Shown: piece by piece, positions 12,856 to 25,154 of the stretch
Position numbering within the stretch: position 1 is the first letter of the stretch
Layout of the letters: every line of letters starts with the position of its first letter
Source of the DNA: Eledone cirrhosa
Taxonomy: Eukaryota
Direction: 5' to 3'
NCBI GenBank assembly: GCA_964016885.1
Contig: OZ024743.1
Span: 248,868,001-248,932,000, forward strand
Length of the DNA stretch: 64,000 nt
Notes under the pieces: model-generated
The model's database searches: none
Told to the model about the DNA's origin: nothing
The model's input: only the letters and a program-made list of their open reading frames with translations
Position numbers and translations under genes: made by a program

Positions 12856-14045
12856 CTGTAGGAGATTAAAGGAAATTATGTTATTTATCTGGTGTTTAGA
12901 GTATAACATAAGGGCTCTTTCATAGAATTATGATGGTAGGTTTTTAGATAATATAAACATGTTAAAACAAACAATTTTGTATTGTAGAAATTGCGGGCAG
13001 TTTCAAGCACTTCAACAAAAGTAGCTAATATAAGAGGAACTTAATGTCTATCCTTCTTCTAAGGAGACAAGAGACAAGACAATGAAATGCCTGCAGTCAA
13101 TAAGATATGAACTTATAAACTTGAATTAGTAACTAGATACCTTATCTAATTGACAGTATTGCCTATAATATACGTTCATGTGGTAAGAATTATTATTTTC
13201 CACCACCCACTTAGATACTATAATTTATGTCATAAAGCAGGAAACAGTGAATGAAAATTTGTGACAAAACATTGATATTGTTGATGTAATGTTTGAAGTT
13301 AATAAGTTTCAAATAATAATTAGGCATGCCTTTGTTGCATATGTTCAGATAAGTATAATAGAGATAAATAGATAGATAGCTAGATAAAGAGATAGATGTA
13401 GAGATAGACATTTTTATTCTCAGAAATCCCATTGCCATCATCATCATCGTTTAATGTCCATTTTCCATGCTAAGATGAGTTAGACGGGTTGTCCCATTAG
13501 AGGCAAGTTGGGTCAGGCGACTGTGTCTTGCTCATATAGAACTATTTCTGGCTAGGTTTCTATGGTTGGATCCCTTCCTAACGCCAACCACATTTACAGT
13601 GTGTGCTGGGTGCATTTTGTCGTGACTCCTACACCTTACAATGTGGGCTGGGTGCTTTTTGTCATGACACCCACACGGCCACTTTACAGTGTAGGCTGGG
13701 TACTTTTGTCATGTCACCAACATGACCACTTTACAGTGTGGGCTGGGTGCTTTTTGCTATGACATCTACCTAACCACTTTACAGTGGGCCATATCTGTAT
13801 AATTATATATATATGTGGATGTCATCTGTTCTCTTTTCTTCCTTTTGCCCTCTATATGTTTTTCATGCCAACCTAATCTTTTCAAGTTTCTGAAAACAGA
13901 AACATCCTTTCTGTGCCACCATCCCAATCTGTATATCAGATATATACATATAATCTAATTATATATATCTATATAGTAATATATAGGTGATTTGTGCAAA
14001 TACCCATATCTAAATATATCTGTATAAATATATATATATACATGT

Positions 14046-15900
14046 AACTGTTATAAGGGTAAAGGAGATGCCCTAGATAGGAGTAACTATAGAGGCATTA
14101 AATTAATCGACCAGGTCATGAAGGTCACGGAAAAAGTTATAGCGCAACTAATCAGAGAGCGAATTGATCTAGATGAAATGCAGTTCGGGTTTGTGTCAGG
14201 AAAAAGTACCACAGACGCTCTTTTCATTGTACGACAACTACAGGAGAAGTACCTAGCTAAAAGTAAACCCCTATACTTAGCTTTCGTCGACTTGGAGAAG
14301 GCCTTCGACAGAGTCCCCCGTTCCATTATCTGGTGGGCTCTTAGAAAACTAGGTGTTGATGAATGGCTTGTGAGAGCTATACAAGCCATGTATAAAGAAA
14401 CAGTTAGCAAGGTTAGAATTAACAACGAATATAGTAAAGAGTTTAGTGTAAAAGTTGGTGTTCATCAGGGCTCTTTTCTTAGCCCCCTACTATTTATTAT
14501 TGCCCTCCAGGCTATAACAGTGGAGTTCAAGACCGGCTGCCCATGGGAACTCCTATACGCAGATGATCTAACGCTCATAGCTGAATCAATGGCCGAGCTA
14601 GAGAAGAAATTCCAAACATGGAAGCACGGCCTAGAATCAAAAGGCCTTAAAATTAACCTAGCTAAGACTAAAGTTCTAGTTTGTAAGAAAGAAAATAAGG
14701 CGGCGGTCCCCTCCGGGAAGTGGCCATGCGCAGAGTGTAGGAAAGGCGTAGGTAGAAATTCCATTTTGTGTCCCAAATGCAAAGTTTGGGTGCATAAAAG
14801 ATGTAGTGGGATCACAGGTAAGCTAACTAAGAACATAGATTTTACATGTGGCCGGTGTTCTGGGGATATAAGTAGCAGCAAGTGCCCACAAAATACTAGC
14901 TCTTTCAACTGCGCAGAGGGTTCTATAGAAATAGTGGACAGCTTCCGTTACCTGGGTGACAAAATCAGCAGTGGGGGAGGGTGCTCTGAAAGTACAGTAG
15001 CTAGAGTCAGAACTGGGTGGAAAAAGTTCAGAGAGCTTATACCACTATTAGCCGCTAAAGGGTTCTCCCTAAAAATGAAAGGCAGGCTGTACGATGCCTG
15101 CATACGAACAGCAATGTTGCATGGCAGTGAGACTTGGGCATTGTGTGCAGAGGATATACGCAGACTAGAGAGAAACGAAGCTTGCATGCTCCGCTGGATG
15201 TGTAATAGTAATATACGTGAACGACAAAGCATAAACGAACTAAGGAAAAAATTAGAAATAAGAGGGATCAGATGTTTACTAGAGAGAAGGCTACGTTGGT
15301 ATGGTCACATGATGCGCATGAAGGACGATAGCTGTATAACAAAGTGCAGGGCAATAAAGATAGACGGTAGCCACGGAATAGGCAGACCCAGAAAAACCTG
15401 GGACGAGCTGATAAACTCCGACCTCACACACTTACACCTCACCAAGACAATGTCACTGGACCGAGACCTTTGGCGGTACTCAGTAATAGAGAAGACCCGC
15501 CTTACCTAAATACAAAGTAAAACCTACTACAGTCAGTAGGCATCTCTAACAAAATACACCCCCGTCCCACCACCCCCACCCCATCCACACCGCCCCCTTC
15601 TATGTAAAGTTATGTTGGTGCCACACCATCCAGGCCGAAACAAATGAGATCGTGTAGGTGTCACGACAAAAAAACACACAGTCCACGCTGTAATGTGGCC
15701 GTGTAGGCAACACGGTAAAAACCTCCCAGACCCACACTGTAAATGTGGTTGGTGTTAGGAAGGGCATCCAACTGTAGAAAACCTGCCAGACAGTCCTATG
15801 CGAGCAAGACAATCACTCTTGCCTCAAGTGGGAATACCCCCGTCCAAACCCATGCAAGCGTGGAACACAGACGTTAAACGTTGATGATGATGATGATGAT
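14046..15900 (+). mobile_element. 5'-truncated RTE-clade LINE with 3' UTR and (GAT)n tail
   Basis: Frame open from 14046 (YKGKGD..NYRGI); 3' end ccatgcaagcgtggaa..gacgttaaacg(ttgat)(gat)n is shared with many short copies in the window. Confidence 0.95.
14118..15509 (+). CDS. RTE LINE ORF C-terminal half: reverse transcriptase with inserted PHD-like zinc finger
   Basis: QFGF, DLEKAFD, QGS.LSPLLF, YADD, YLG, RLRWYGH, GRPRKTW motifs; CxxC..CxxC...HxxC..CxxC between YADD and YLG. Confidence 0.93.
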   Translation: MKVTEKVIAQLIRERIDLDEMQFGFVSGKSTTDALFIVRQLQEKYLAKSKPLYLAFVDLEKAFDRVPRSIIWWALRKLGVDEWLVRAIQAMYKETVSKVRINNEYSKEFSVKVGVHQGSFLSPLLFIIALQAITVEFKTGCPWELLYADDLTLIAESMAELEKKFQTWKHGLESKGLKINLAKTKVLVCKKENKAAVPSGKWPCAECRKGVGRNSILCPKCKVWVHKRCSGITGKLTKNIDFTCGRCSGDISSSKCPQNTSSFNCAEGSIEIVDSFRYLGDKISSGGGCSESTVARVRTGWKKFRELIPLLAAKGFSLKMKGRLYDACIRTAMLHGSETWALCAEDIRRLERNEACMLRWMCNSNIRERQSINELRKKLEIRGIRCLLERRLRWYGHMMRMKDDSCITKCRAIKIDGSHGIGRPRKTWDELINSDLTHLHLTKTMSLDRDLWRYSVIEKTRLT

Positions 15901-16797
15901 GTCCATATGTATGAACGTAAATAAATGCCTGTCTATATGTGTGTGTGTGTGGGTATATATGCTGATGGTGAAAACAATGTTTACTTTTTACACAAACATT
16001 CCCCACTTACAAATTCCACTTATACAAAGTGGTTGTCATGTGAAAATCGAGTTTATTATAAAAGATATTCAAATTATGTTTTCAGGATTACACCCTCTTC
16101 AAATAAACAACCGTATCTAGTTTAGACTAGGTATATCATAAAAGATGATTAAAATGTTTGGCACCAGGAAAGACATCCAGATGAAAACACTGCCTCAAAA
16201 AGGACCCATAATAACTTAAGTCTTTCATGAAACCCGCAATATATATAAAACCATTTAACATCCGCTTTCCCTGCTAACAAGGGTTAGAAGGGCCGTCATA
16301 GACTTAGTCAGTGCCAATCAGACATGCCAGGGACCACAACTTGCTTACATACATTTCTATACATTCTAGAGTGCACCGTCTAACCCATGCTAGCGTGGAA
16401 AATGGACGTTAAACGATGATGATGATGATTGCATGCATTTTATCATGGCCCCAATACTCAGGAGATTATTGTGCCCTTGACATTTGCAAAACGAAAAGTT
16501 TAGAAGAGTCTTCTAAACTTTTTGTTTTGCAATTTTTCTATGACCGCGTGCCCTTCCTAACACCAAATATGTACTATGGAAAACATACACTGGGTGCATT
16601 TTTGTGACTCCAAGATTAGATAGGTTGTCATGTGCGTGATGTGGCTGGAGAGTCCTCTCAACCCTTTTTGGCATGCTTTCTATAGATGGATGCCCTTCGA
16701 CACTCAGAGGTATGGTGAACCTATTCTAAACCAGATACAGTGAAAAACTGACTTTAGTAACATAAAAATCAGTTACGTAAAATATTTATATAGTTAC

Positions 16798-16905
16798 CTT
16801 CTTGCAAAATGGACATGTTGATTTACTGAACATCATTACTTTGTTAGCGCTGATATAGTCATTAATCATCCCCTTTAGGGCATTTTCATTCCCTACAGGA
16901 GGCAT
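16798..16905 (-). CDS. TXNRD3: TGR coding exon 1 (MPPVGNENALKGMINDYISANKVMMFSKSTCPFCKK), dithiol Grx active site CPFC; exon incl. UTR starts at 16931
   Basis: MPP start typical of TGRs; FSKxxCPFC Grx motif; ttgcag acceptor at 16932-16933 and gtaac donor. Confidence 0.93.
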
Positions 16906-17345
16906 TGTGTATAATATTCAGAAAAATAAACCTGCAAGAGAAAATTAGCAAAATTAGATAAACATGAACATCGATAAGAAATGTTTTAAAAATAGGCAGC
17001 TAAAAGTTAGGGTGGTGAAATGGCAGAATTGTTAGTGAGTCAGATAAAATGCTTTACAGCATTTAGTTTTGATTTTTTACGTTCTGAGTTCAAATCCCCC
17101 AAGAAGACAACTTGTAAAGGTCAATAAAGTAAAGTACCAATCAAGTATTAAGGTCGATGTAATCGATTCCCGATTACCACCAAATTGCTGGCATTGTGCC
17201 AAAATTAGAAACCATTATATATACAGGTAGTAAATCCTAATAATTTACTAAAATCCCCGCAACCAAATTTGAGATTAGAGGAAAGAGACAACCTAAGTAC
17301 TCCATAAATATATATAGTCTCATCAAGCAATTAAAATTAATCCAT

Positions 17346-17787
17346 TTAATCCTTTCAATACCAAACTGCCCCTTGTTCTGTAATACACAGCTGTTTATTT
17401 TAAAATGTTTATATTTATCTAAAAACCTTCCATCATAATTTTATGTAAGAATCTTTGTTCTGTTCTAAACATCAGCTTAATAATAAGAAAGTTAGTTATA
17501 TGACTAAATCCTTTCAAATTCATTACTTTAAAAATGATTTGAAACTCAATATCTTTCATTAGAAATATGGTGACGAAAGGGTTAACCCTTTTAATACCAG
17601 CCTGGCTATAGTTCTATGAAACAAAACTACCTATTTTAAAGGGTTCCTATTTAAATTAAAATCTCCCAACATATGCTAAGTTTCTATCTTAGTAATGAAA
17701 TAATTTTAATAAATCCATGAAAATTCTTCTTTGATTAATTGAAATAGATTGTATTTCATTAGAAATATGGTCTCAAAAAAGAGTTAA
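17346..17787. mobile_element. Two tandem piggyBac-type MITEs sharing a central TTAA (17582-17585)
   Basis: ttaatcctttc...aaagggTTAAccctttt...aaaagagttaa. Confidence 0.7.
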
Positions 17788-20700
17788 TAGTGTTTTCCAA
17801 TGTTTTCAGGTTATCAGGAAAAAAGTTAACACATTACTATATTTTCATGCTAAAAGTTTTATCTCAGATAATATAGAATCTACGAGATTTTGATGATGTT
17901 ATTTAATTTGAGAATAATACCTTAATGTCAGTATGAGTGGCTGGTTATGGCTAGTTTGAAGAGGTGAGAGAATTCTGGCCATATACGGCTGGTTTAAAAT
18001 TAAAAACTTGTATTTTCTTGATTCAGAACATAGAAATAAGTTATTCATCATCATTTGTATACCCATATTTGTTTTTCCACCTCAAGCTAGCATGAGATGG
18101 ACAATATTCTAAAGGTATCCTGCTGTCCTTTCTCACAGCAAACCTTGTTTTTAGAACATAATCATTACTAGTATAAAAGTGAAGAAATAAACACACAGAC
18201 TATATACTCACACTGATTTTGCACAGAATGTTTACAATGTACCATATATTTTGAATTGAGGTTTTGTATTTTTGTGTATTTTCATGGAAAAAGGTGCAGC
18301 TTATACAGGAGTATATTACTACATGTATCATCATCGAACATCTTTTCCATGCTAACATAGATTCGACATATCATCAGACCAAATCAACACACAATCAGAG
18401 CCAAGGACCTCAGAGAAATGGTGGGGGCCACATCTTGCTTATATACAGAGTGTACAAGGTGCATTTTATCAAGGCACCAGCACAATGGAGATTGTTGTGT
18501 CTTGGCACAACTGAAGAGTCCTCACAACTCTGGCAAGTTTGCTATGGCTGGATGCCCTTCCTAATGCCAACCACTTTACAGTGTACCAGGTGCAATGGAG
18601 CCAACATTAGGGAAGTTTCCATGTCCTTGGCACAACTGAAGGGCCCTCTCAAGTTAAGTACTTTAAAACAAACAGTCTTGTATCAAAGAACCAAGGGCAG
18701 TTTTAGGCAGTTTGGTATCCAACAGGTTAATAAAACTGAATTTATATGTTGTCAGCTATTCACAATATTATCATATTCCAAGAAAAAAACCTTTTTATAA
18801 AGACTAGCTAAAACTAAAGGCTTGGGAGAAATCAACAGTCACTGTTTTGAATTTTATACAAACAAGTTTAAAGAACTCAGTCTTCAGTAACACAAAATAG
18901 CTAATCTTTTATTTTAGTTCAATTGGCTAGCTTTATAAAAAATAATATTCCAACCAAATCATAAAATGAAACAAAAACAAAAGAAACTATTAGTTGCAGG
19001 CATAGCTGTGTGGTTTGCAACTACATGGTTTCGAGTTCAGTCCTATAACCACAAACTGACCAATGTTTTGTGAATGAAATTTAGAGGATAGGTGCCCATC
19101 ATGTAAATGTGTGTGCAGTAACATAATGGTTCAACAAAACGAGATGAATAAAATAGGTTACCAGACTTGAACACAGAGTTTATATAATCAATTAAATCCC
19201 TTCAAGACAGTGCCCCTCATGGCCAGAGTCAAATCACTAAAGCTAGTAAAAGAATAATATAATTAAAAACAAAAACGATATGGTCATATATAAGAAGCAA
19301 CTAAAAAGGTCACAAGCCATAAAACATAGCCTCAAAAAGTTCTGTCCAACATTGCCAACATTGTAAAATAGACAAAAACAATGATGATGATCATTATTTT
19401 GTTTGCATTCCATTTCCATGGTGGCAGGAGTTGAACAGGTGTCACAATCTGAGACCAGATGGGGCAGAGCAACCTTATCTTGTTCATACATTCCATATTT
19501 GACATGGTTTCTATGGTTGGATACCCTACCTAATGCCTACCTTATTACAGGGTGTACTGGGTGCAATTCTTCATGACACCATATCTACCACTTTACATAA
19601 TAAATTGGGTGCATTTTTTCATGTTTTTTTACTATTGTTTCTATAGGGCAGTGGATTGGCCAAATCAATTGCAGTATTTAGTTATGGCTCACTATGTTCT
19701 GAATTCAAATCCTACCACGATCAACTCTGCCTTTCTTCCTTCCCAAGTGGGTAAAAACAAAAAACAGTCAAGTACTGGGCTCTATATAATTGATTTCTTC
19801 CCAACAAATTGTTTGCCTTGTGCCAAAATTAGAAATCATTATTTTGTTTCATTTTCTTATAATCACACTCTTACAAATAAAGTCTCGTCTGATTGTTTGA
19901 TCATGGTAATTAAAGTCAAACAAAATCATTTATCTGTTTCTCATAACTTTTTATGACACACCCTGTAGTCTTTACAAAATACTTCCATTAATGTGTATCT
20001 TTTATTTAAATATATGCAATCAAATTACTATTTACATTTTTCAGTAGTAAAGAACTAAAGTAAATATTCCTATGGTACATCTATCATGCTCTACTGCCAG
20101 TATCTGGCATGGTAACCAGTTCAGACCACTTCTCATGTTAACCTTTGATGTTACCTGTTCTATTCAGTCACCATTCAATGGTTGATAGCAAGACAATGTG
20201 ATACAGAGAAGTCAAGTGGAATTCATTGCAGACAACCTCTATAATGTTATTCCAGCTGTAATCACTTCTAAAACTTGAAATAAACTTGTCCAAGTCAAAA
20301 GTGATAAATGTGAATTACAAGGAAAATCAATCTGCTAACACTGTATGCAGTATTTGATCTGTCCTGACTGATGTGTGACTAACTCTATTCTTAGTTCATG
20401 CATTCTCCTGGAAGTCAAATGAAAGAACCTAGCAAGAATGATTAACAGATTATGCTTCATTGACACTCATCCAACTCTTTTTGTTGAAATACTTCTTCGC
20501 TCTTCTGAAATTCATTCTTTCTTTCTGTTGCACAGCACACTATGTGATCTCCAATCAGGACATCACAAATTGATGCCATCATGCAGTCATGTATGAAATT
20601 CACCTATAACATCATTTTTTTGGCAACACTAGTTCACAGCCAGTGAGACTTCCCATCAGGTTTGGCAGCCTTGATTTGACAGCATAGCTAGCCCACCTTT

Positions 20701-22172
20701 CCTTCATCATCTGCAACCATGTGTTCGTCCATTATGCTCTCCATAATATAAGAGATAATATCAGCTGTCTCACAAAATACAGCCAATCAACACAACTGGA
20801 ACAATATCAAATGTAGTTCCACTAGCACAAGAGTCCAATCATCCCTCAATCAACAATTTCTTACTTGCCTCTGGATTTCTTCACAACCAAATAATGATGC
20901 CCAGCTCAATGTTGCATCATTCTTGGTGATACATACACACCTAGAGTTGTTCTGTGCACCAGTCTTCATGTACGAACAACATAGATGTTGTGGAGCTATT
21001 CTCAATCAATTCCAACTACACAAACACTTGTTACAGTGTAAACTATTCCCCTCTCTATACCACACTGAACCTCAATGCTGTTGCAGTTTGTTGGTCTTGA
21101 CCACAGCAATGATAGGCATCATATATGTTACACATGTTATAACACATTCTCCAATGTCAACCATGTCACTCCAATTACATTTCAGGGCGCTTCCACCCAA
21201 AAGATGAATAAAAAAAAAGTTATTAATGGACAAATTACTTTTCATGTCAGTTGCTCTCGAGACCTCTGGAGTTCTTGATCCCAGGACTGCTTCTCTCCTA
21301 TGTCAAATTGGGATGAAGCTATCATGCCTGAGGAAAGAACTGAGGTAGGGTGGTTGATGCAGTAGACATCACTAGCTGTTATTTGTGGCAATGGTTTTGC
21401 CATCTTGTCTGTGGAGTATAGTTGAGATTAAGTTGTTCAGCTGTGTACCTGTTGCTATTAGATGTGACACCAACACAGATTTAGCCACCCCTCCATGATA
21501 GGCCTAGTCCTATCGTGTCACATTTTTTCCTGTGACAGCAAGCAGGATTTGAACTCAAAACTTGATAAATAGAACAACCTTCACAATACAGCCATAAATT
21601 CAAAAGAATATAGATACCAGAATAACAATATCACATGCGAACATCATTAAATTTTCTAAAGAAGTAGAATAATGCTTCGAATATGTATATTTAATGCTTT
21701 GTTTTTATGTATAAACTATATTTTTTATTTAACAAGGACTGTATTGTTTGATTCAGTATAGCATTAACTCCACCAAATTATTATATGCAGGTTTTTTTCT
21801 TTCGTTACCCTATATACAAAAAACAAACAAAAACAGTAGAATCCAAGTAACATTTCGGATCGCTAACTCCCCACAACCTTAATTTCTCCCATCCTCGAAA
21901 ATTTCTTCGGAAATCTACATTTGAAACAGTAGATTACGATTCTGCGAAAAAAAAAAAAAAAAACTTTCTGAAATTTCAACCTCATCCAGACATTTCAAAC
22001 CCTAACCACATTTTAGTCCAACCCAAGCTATTATAGTAAAACGGACGTTGCATGATCATAGTCGTGAGAGGACAATTTGGTATTTTTTACACTTACACTT
22101 CGTGCTATTGTATTTCGCTTTCCGCCCACCTACACTATCTAGTCTTTGGTGTCGTTCGACCCGTTAGAAATA

Positions 22173-22338
22173 GACCCATTTCCCTCAATAAATGGGTCAA
22201 ATAGGGATTGGAAATAAAAAGTGTTGGGTGAGAGGAGTTAGATAACTTAATTTTTATCATTTCCCTCAATAAATGATAAAAATTAAGTTATCTAACTCCT
22301 CTCACCCAACACTTTTTATTTCCAATCCCTATTTGACC
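22173..22338. repeat. Perfect 68-bp-arm inverted repeat plus upstream mini-hairpin with the same loop
   Basis: Arms 22195-22262 / 22271-22338, loop ccctcaat; mini-hairpin gacccattt-ccctcaat-aaatgggtc at 22173-22198. Confidence 0.95.
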
Positions 22339-22597
22339 ACCAGATAGGATAGACCAAGAATTATCCAAAATTGTAGATGCGACCTTTAGTCTTGAAATTC
22401 CTTGTTAAACACCTGTAGCAGACTTCATGTCTTTCGTATTACAATTCAATGAAATCCCCACCACAATCATCGCGCTGTGATGTCTTAGCCATTGTACAAC
22501 TCTATCTTTTGGACTCCTGAAGTGTACACTAATATGAACCAGTAATTATTTGCTTGGGTGTCTCCATCTTAAGCATTTCTTACTTTACAATTCATAC

Positions 22598-22730
22598 CTT
22601 CTCTACACCTAGCTAACATGTGAATTTCCAGTTGAAGAGGAAAAGTAAAAAGTGGGATTGTTTTGCTGAAAAGCGGAACTATTTAAGTGCGGGATTGTAC
22701 TAGCACCAGCAAATAGCCGGTCGGCGTCAA
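22598..22730 (-). other. Candidate upstream (first) exon of TGR containing ATG-MLARCRE-G
   Basis: AAG|GTATGA donor at 22598/22597; ATG at 22619; locally CpG-enriched sequence. No transcript evidence; 5' boundary approximate. Confidence 0.4.
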
Positions 22731-24357
22731 ACAACCACGATTGCTGATGTAAACTGAAGTCCAGGCTTCAATGAGGTTGGCAAATGAATCCAAAATGTGT
22801 TTAGAGAATGAACACAATTCATAGTTATAACCGTGAACAAATTTACTTTCTGTTGTACTGGTGGTTTTTGATATTGCTTTGTTTCTTTTTTAAAGATATT
22901 AAATTCACCTTATAATACGTCAAGAAGAAATTAATGAATTATTTTGACCGTCGAATACTTTATTTCTTTAACACTGAAATTTAGACACATTGAAACGTTA
23001 ATAAAAGAGTATTCCTGGTTAAAAGAAAAATTTAACAGTAGATGTATCCTCCCTCTTTCCAAGACCCGGGGGATGTGGCTAATATTTCTACGAGGTTTAT
23101 TAATTGTATGCATAGAGATTCTCTCGGTTTGTGAAGAATTTTGTTTTTAGTAAGGGGTGGGTTTGTTATAGCAACTCAAGTCAATAATGAATACTCGTAA
23201 TAATTTTCCTAAAAGAAACTCGTTTAAGAGAGCCAAAAAGGCAAACTTTAAAAATAGACTATACTGAAGTTACACTGAGAAAATTCCCAAAGCAAAACAA
23301 GTTGATGGGACAGTGTAAAAAATTACTACCGAAACATTTAGGTAAGGAACAGTTTGATAGTTATTCTAGTCTTGTCTATTGTGAAGGTGCATGTCTTTGA
23401 GTAAGATGCTATATTTCAGTCCTTTCAGCTGACAAAAAACTGTAATTCAAAAGGGGCCGACTTTGTCACACTTAATCTCCCTAAGAACTACGTTAATGGT
23501 GCACGTGTTTATTGAATATTTAGTTACTTGAACGTTAATTTCATGAGCAGGCTGTTTCGTTGATCGAATCAACTGGAACACACATCGTCGGAATTTTGTT
23601 TCCTTTTTAAAGATATTAAATTCACCTTATATTACGTAAAGAAGAAATGAATTAGTTTCACCATGATTTCTAAGCGTTTGTTATTGATTTTTTTTCCCCA
23701 GATATTTAATTGTTGCATGAGGATGCTTTTTGTTGTTTATTGAACAGAATATGTTATATTCCACTAGTATGTCTAGACATGGTTCCTCTGTCACGATATG
23801 TGCATCACATATAGTTTTAAGGTCGATCCAATGGCCTGTTACTATGGAGTTTCTTCTGTTACAGTTATCTTAGACTACACAGACAAATCTACCTTAAACT
23901 ATTCTCATTTATCAATAAAATATATATATATATATATTATTATTATTGTGTAAAACACATGGCAAACACCTTCCTAGGTGCTCGGAGTTTCCCGAAGCAA
24001 GCTTGTTATTGCCACTGCGTTCGTTAGCCAAAGCTGGTGGTACACTTTCCCTAATATAAAATATTTACCTCTATGTTTACATATTAAAGGCTCAGTCTTT
24101 AGTAATTATATATATATATATATTATATCTTACACGCTCGTATTTTTAGTTAACCACACTGCGAAAAATTAGAGTTAAACCATCTGTTTTTCTGAGGCAA
24201 AAAAAAATTAATATATTTAGGAGACTATCATTTTTCATAGCATACAGTTAGCTATATATAATAAAGGTAGTAGCCACTAAACTCTAAGAATCAAATATTT
24301 AGCATTGAGAAGGCTAGAACTTTGGTGGCTGTATGATATTTATGAATAAGAACTTAC

Positions 24358-24460
24358 CTAACCGAATGTAAGAAAGATCCGTACACTTACACAGCAACAC
24401 CTAATCTAACTAAGATTAGCGCTAATTCCGTTTTGATGGTTGTGACCAATCAGAAAGCAG
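24358..24460 (-). promoter_or_regulatory. Candidate TGR non-coding first exon and promoter
   Basis: Consensus donor TAG|GTAAGT at 24358/24357; second GTAAGT at 24390-24385; CCAATCAG box at ~24447 and AGCCAATCAG at ~24790. Confidence 0.45.
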
Positions 24461-25154
24461 GCACTACCACCTCGTCTTATTTACCTTACTAGCAAAGAAA
24501 CGGGAATAGGAGGAGGGGCTGTAACAACGGGAGTATCTATAGTAATATTGCTGTGTCATTCAGCTTTAAATGCAACATACTTCGTTTTAATAGTCTGTTG
24601 AAAATGTATTTGTTTTACAACTTTTTTTTAAATCTTTCACATCTTTTATGTAGTTATAAGTATATTACTATATTACCGGTTAAACAACAATATTCTCGAA
24701 TCAATAATTCTTGTTATATTTACTCTCTAGTAACATGAAACCAGCAGAACAGACGAGTGTTTGTTTTCCTTATCCATTATTTCTTATTAAGCCAATCAGG
24801 CCGTATTTCCTTAAACATTAAAGGAGTTAGTTTAGTTTTTGAGTAATTAACCTGTGATTTATCTAATATACAACAGACAGTAGAAATTTACCTCCGCACA
24901 CACTAATGCAGGGGAAATATAAACAACCCTCAATGTAGGTGGTCATCACTTATGGGTGCGGAAGAACTAGTTATTGTAAAATAGAAAACTTCAGTAAAAA
25001 TAAAGGTATTCTGACTTAAAATCTCGCCGAGGTTTGCTTTGCCTTTCATCCTTACGGGGTCGGTAAAATAAAGCACCAGTAATGCACTGGTGTCGATTTA
25101 ATCGACTTCCCCCTCCCCCAAATTGCAGGCCTTCTGCCTATAGTAGAATCATTA

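Noticed and set aside
14087-15232. Antisense ORFs over the RTE and Gypsy coding regions
   Set aside because: Shadow frames of the retroelement ORFs with no independent motifs.
16906-16931. Simple in-frame mitochondrial leader spliced onto TGR exon 1
   Set aside because: In-frame TGA at 16920-16918 blocks ordinary read-through; kept only as the recoding hypothesis.
18264-18800. 178-aa ORF in the TGR upstream intron
   Set aside because: Runs through RTE-tail repeat and MITE sequence; no protein motif or splice support.
20100-21500. Higher-complexity, coding-like region with Cys-rich reverse translations
   Set aside because: Many stops and no motif I can name reliably; probably an old transposon remnant.
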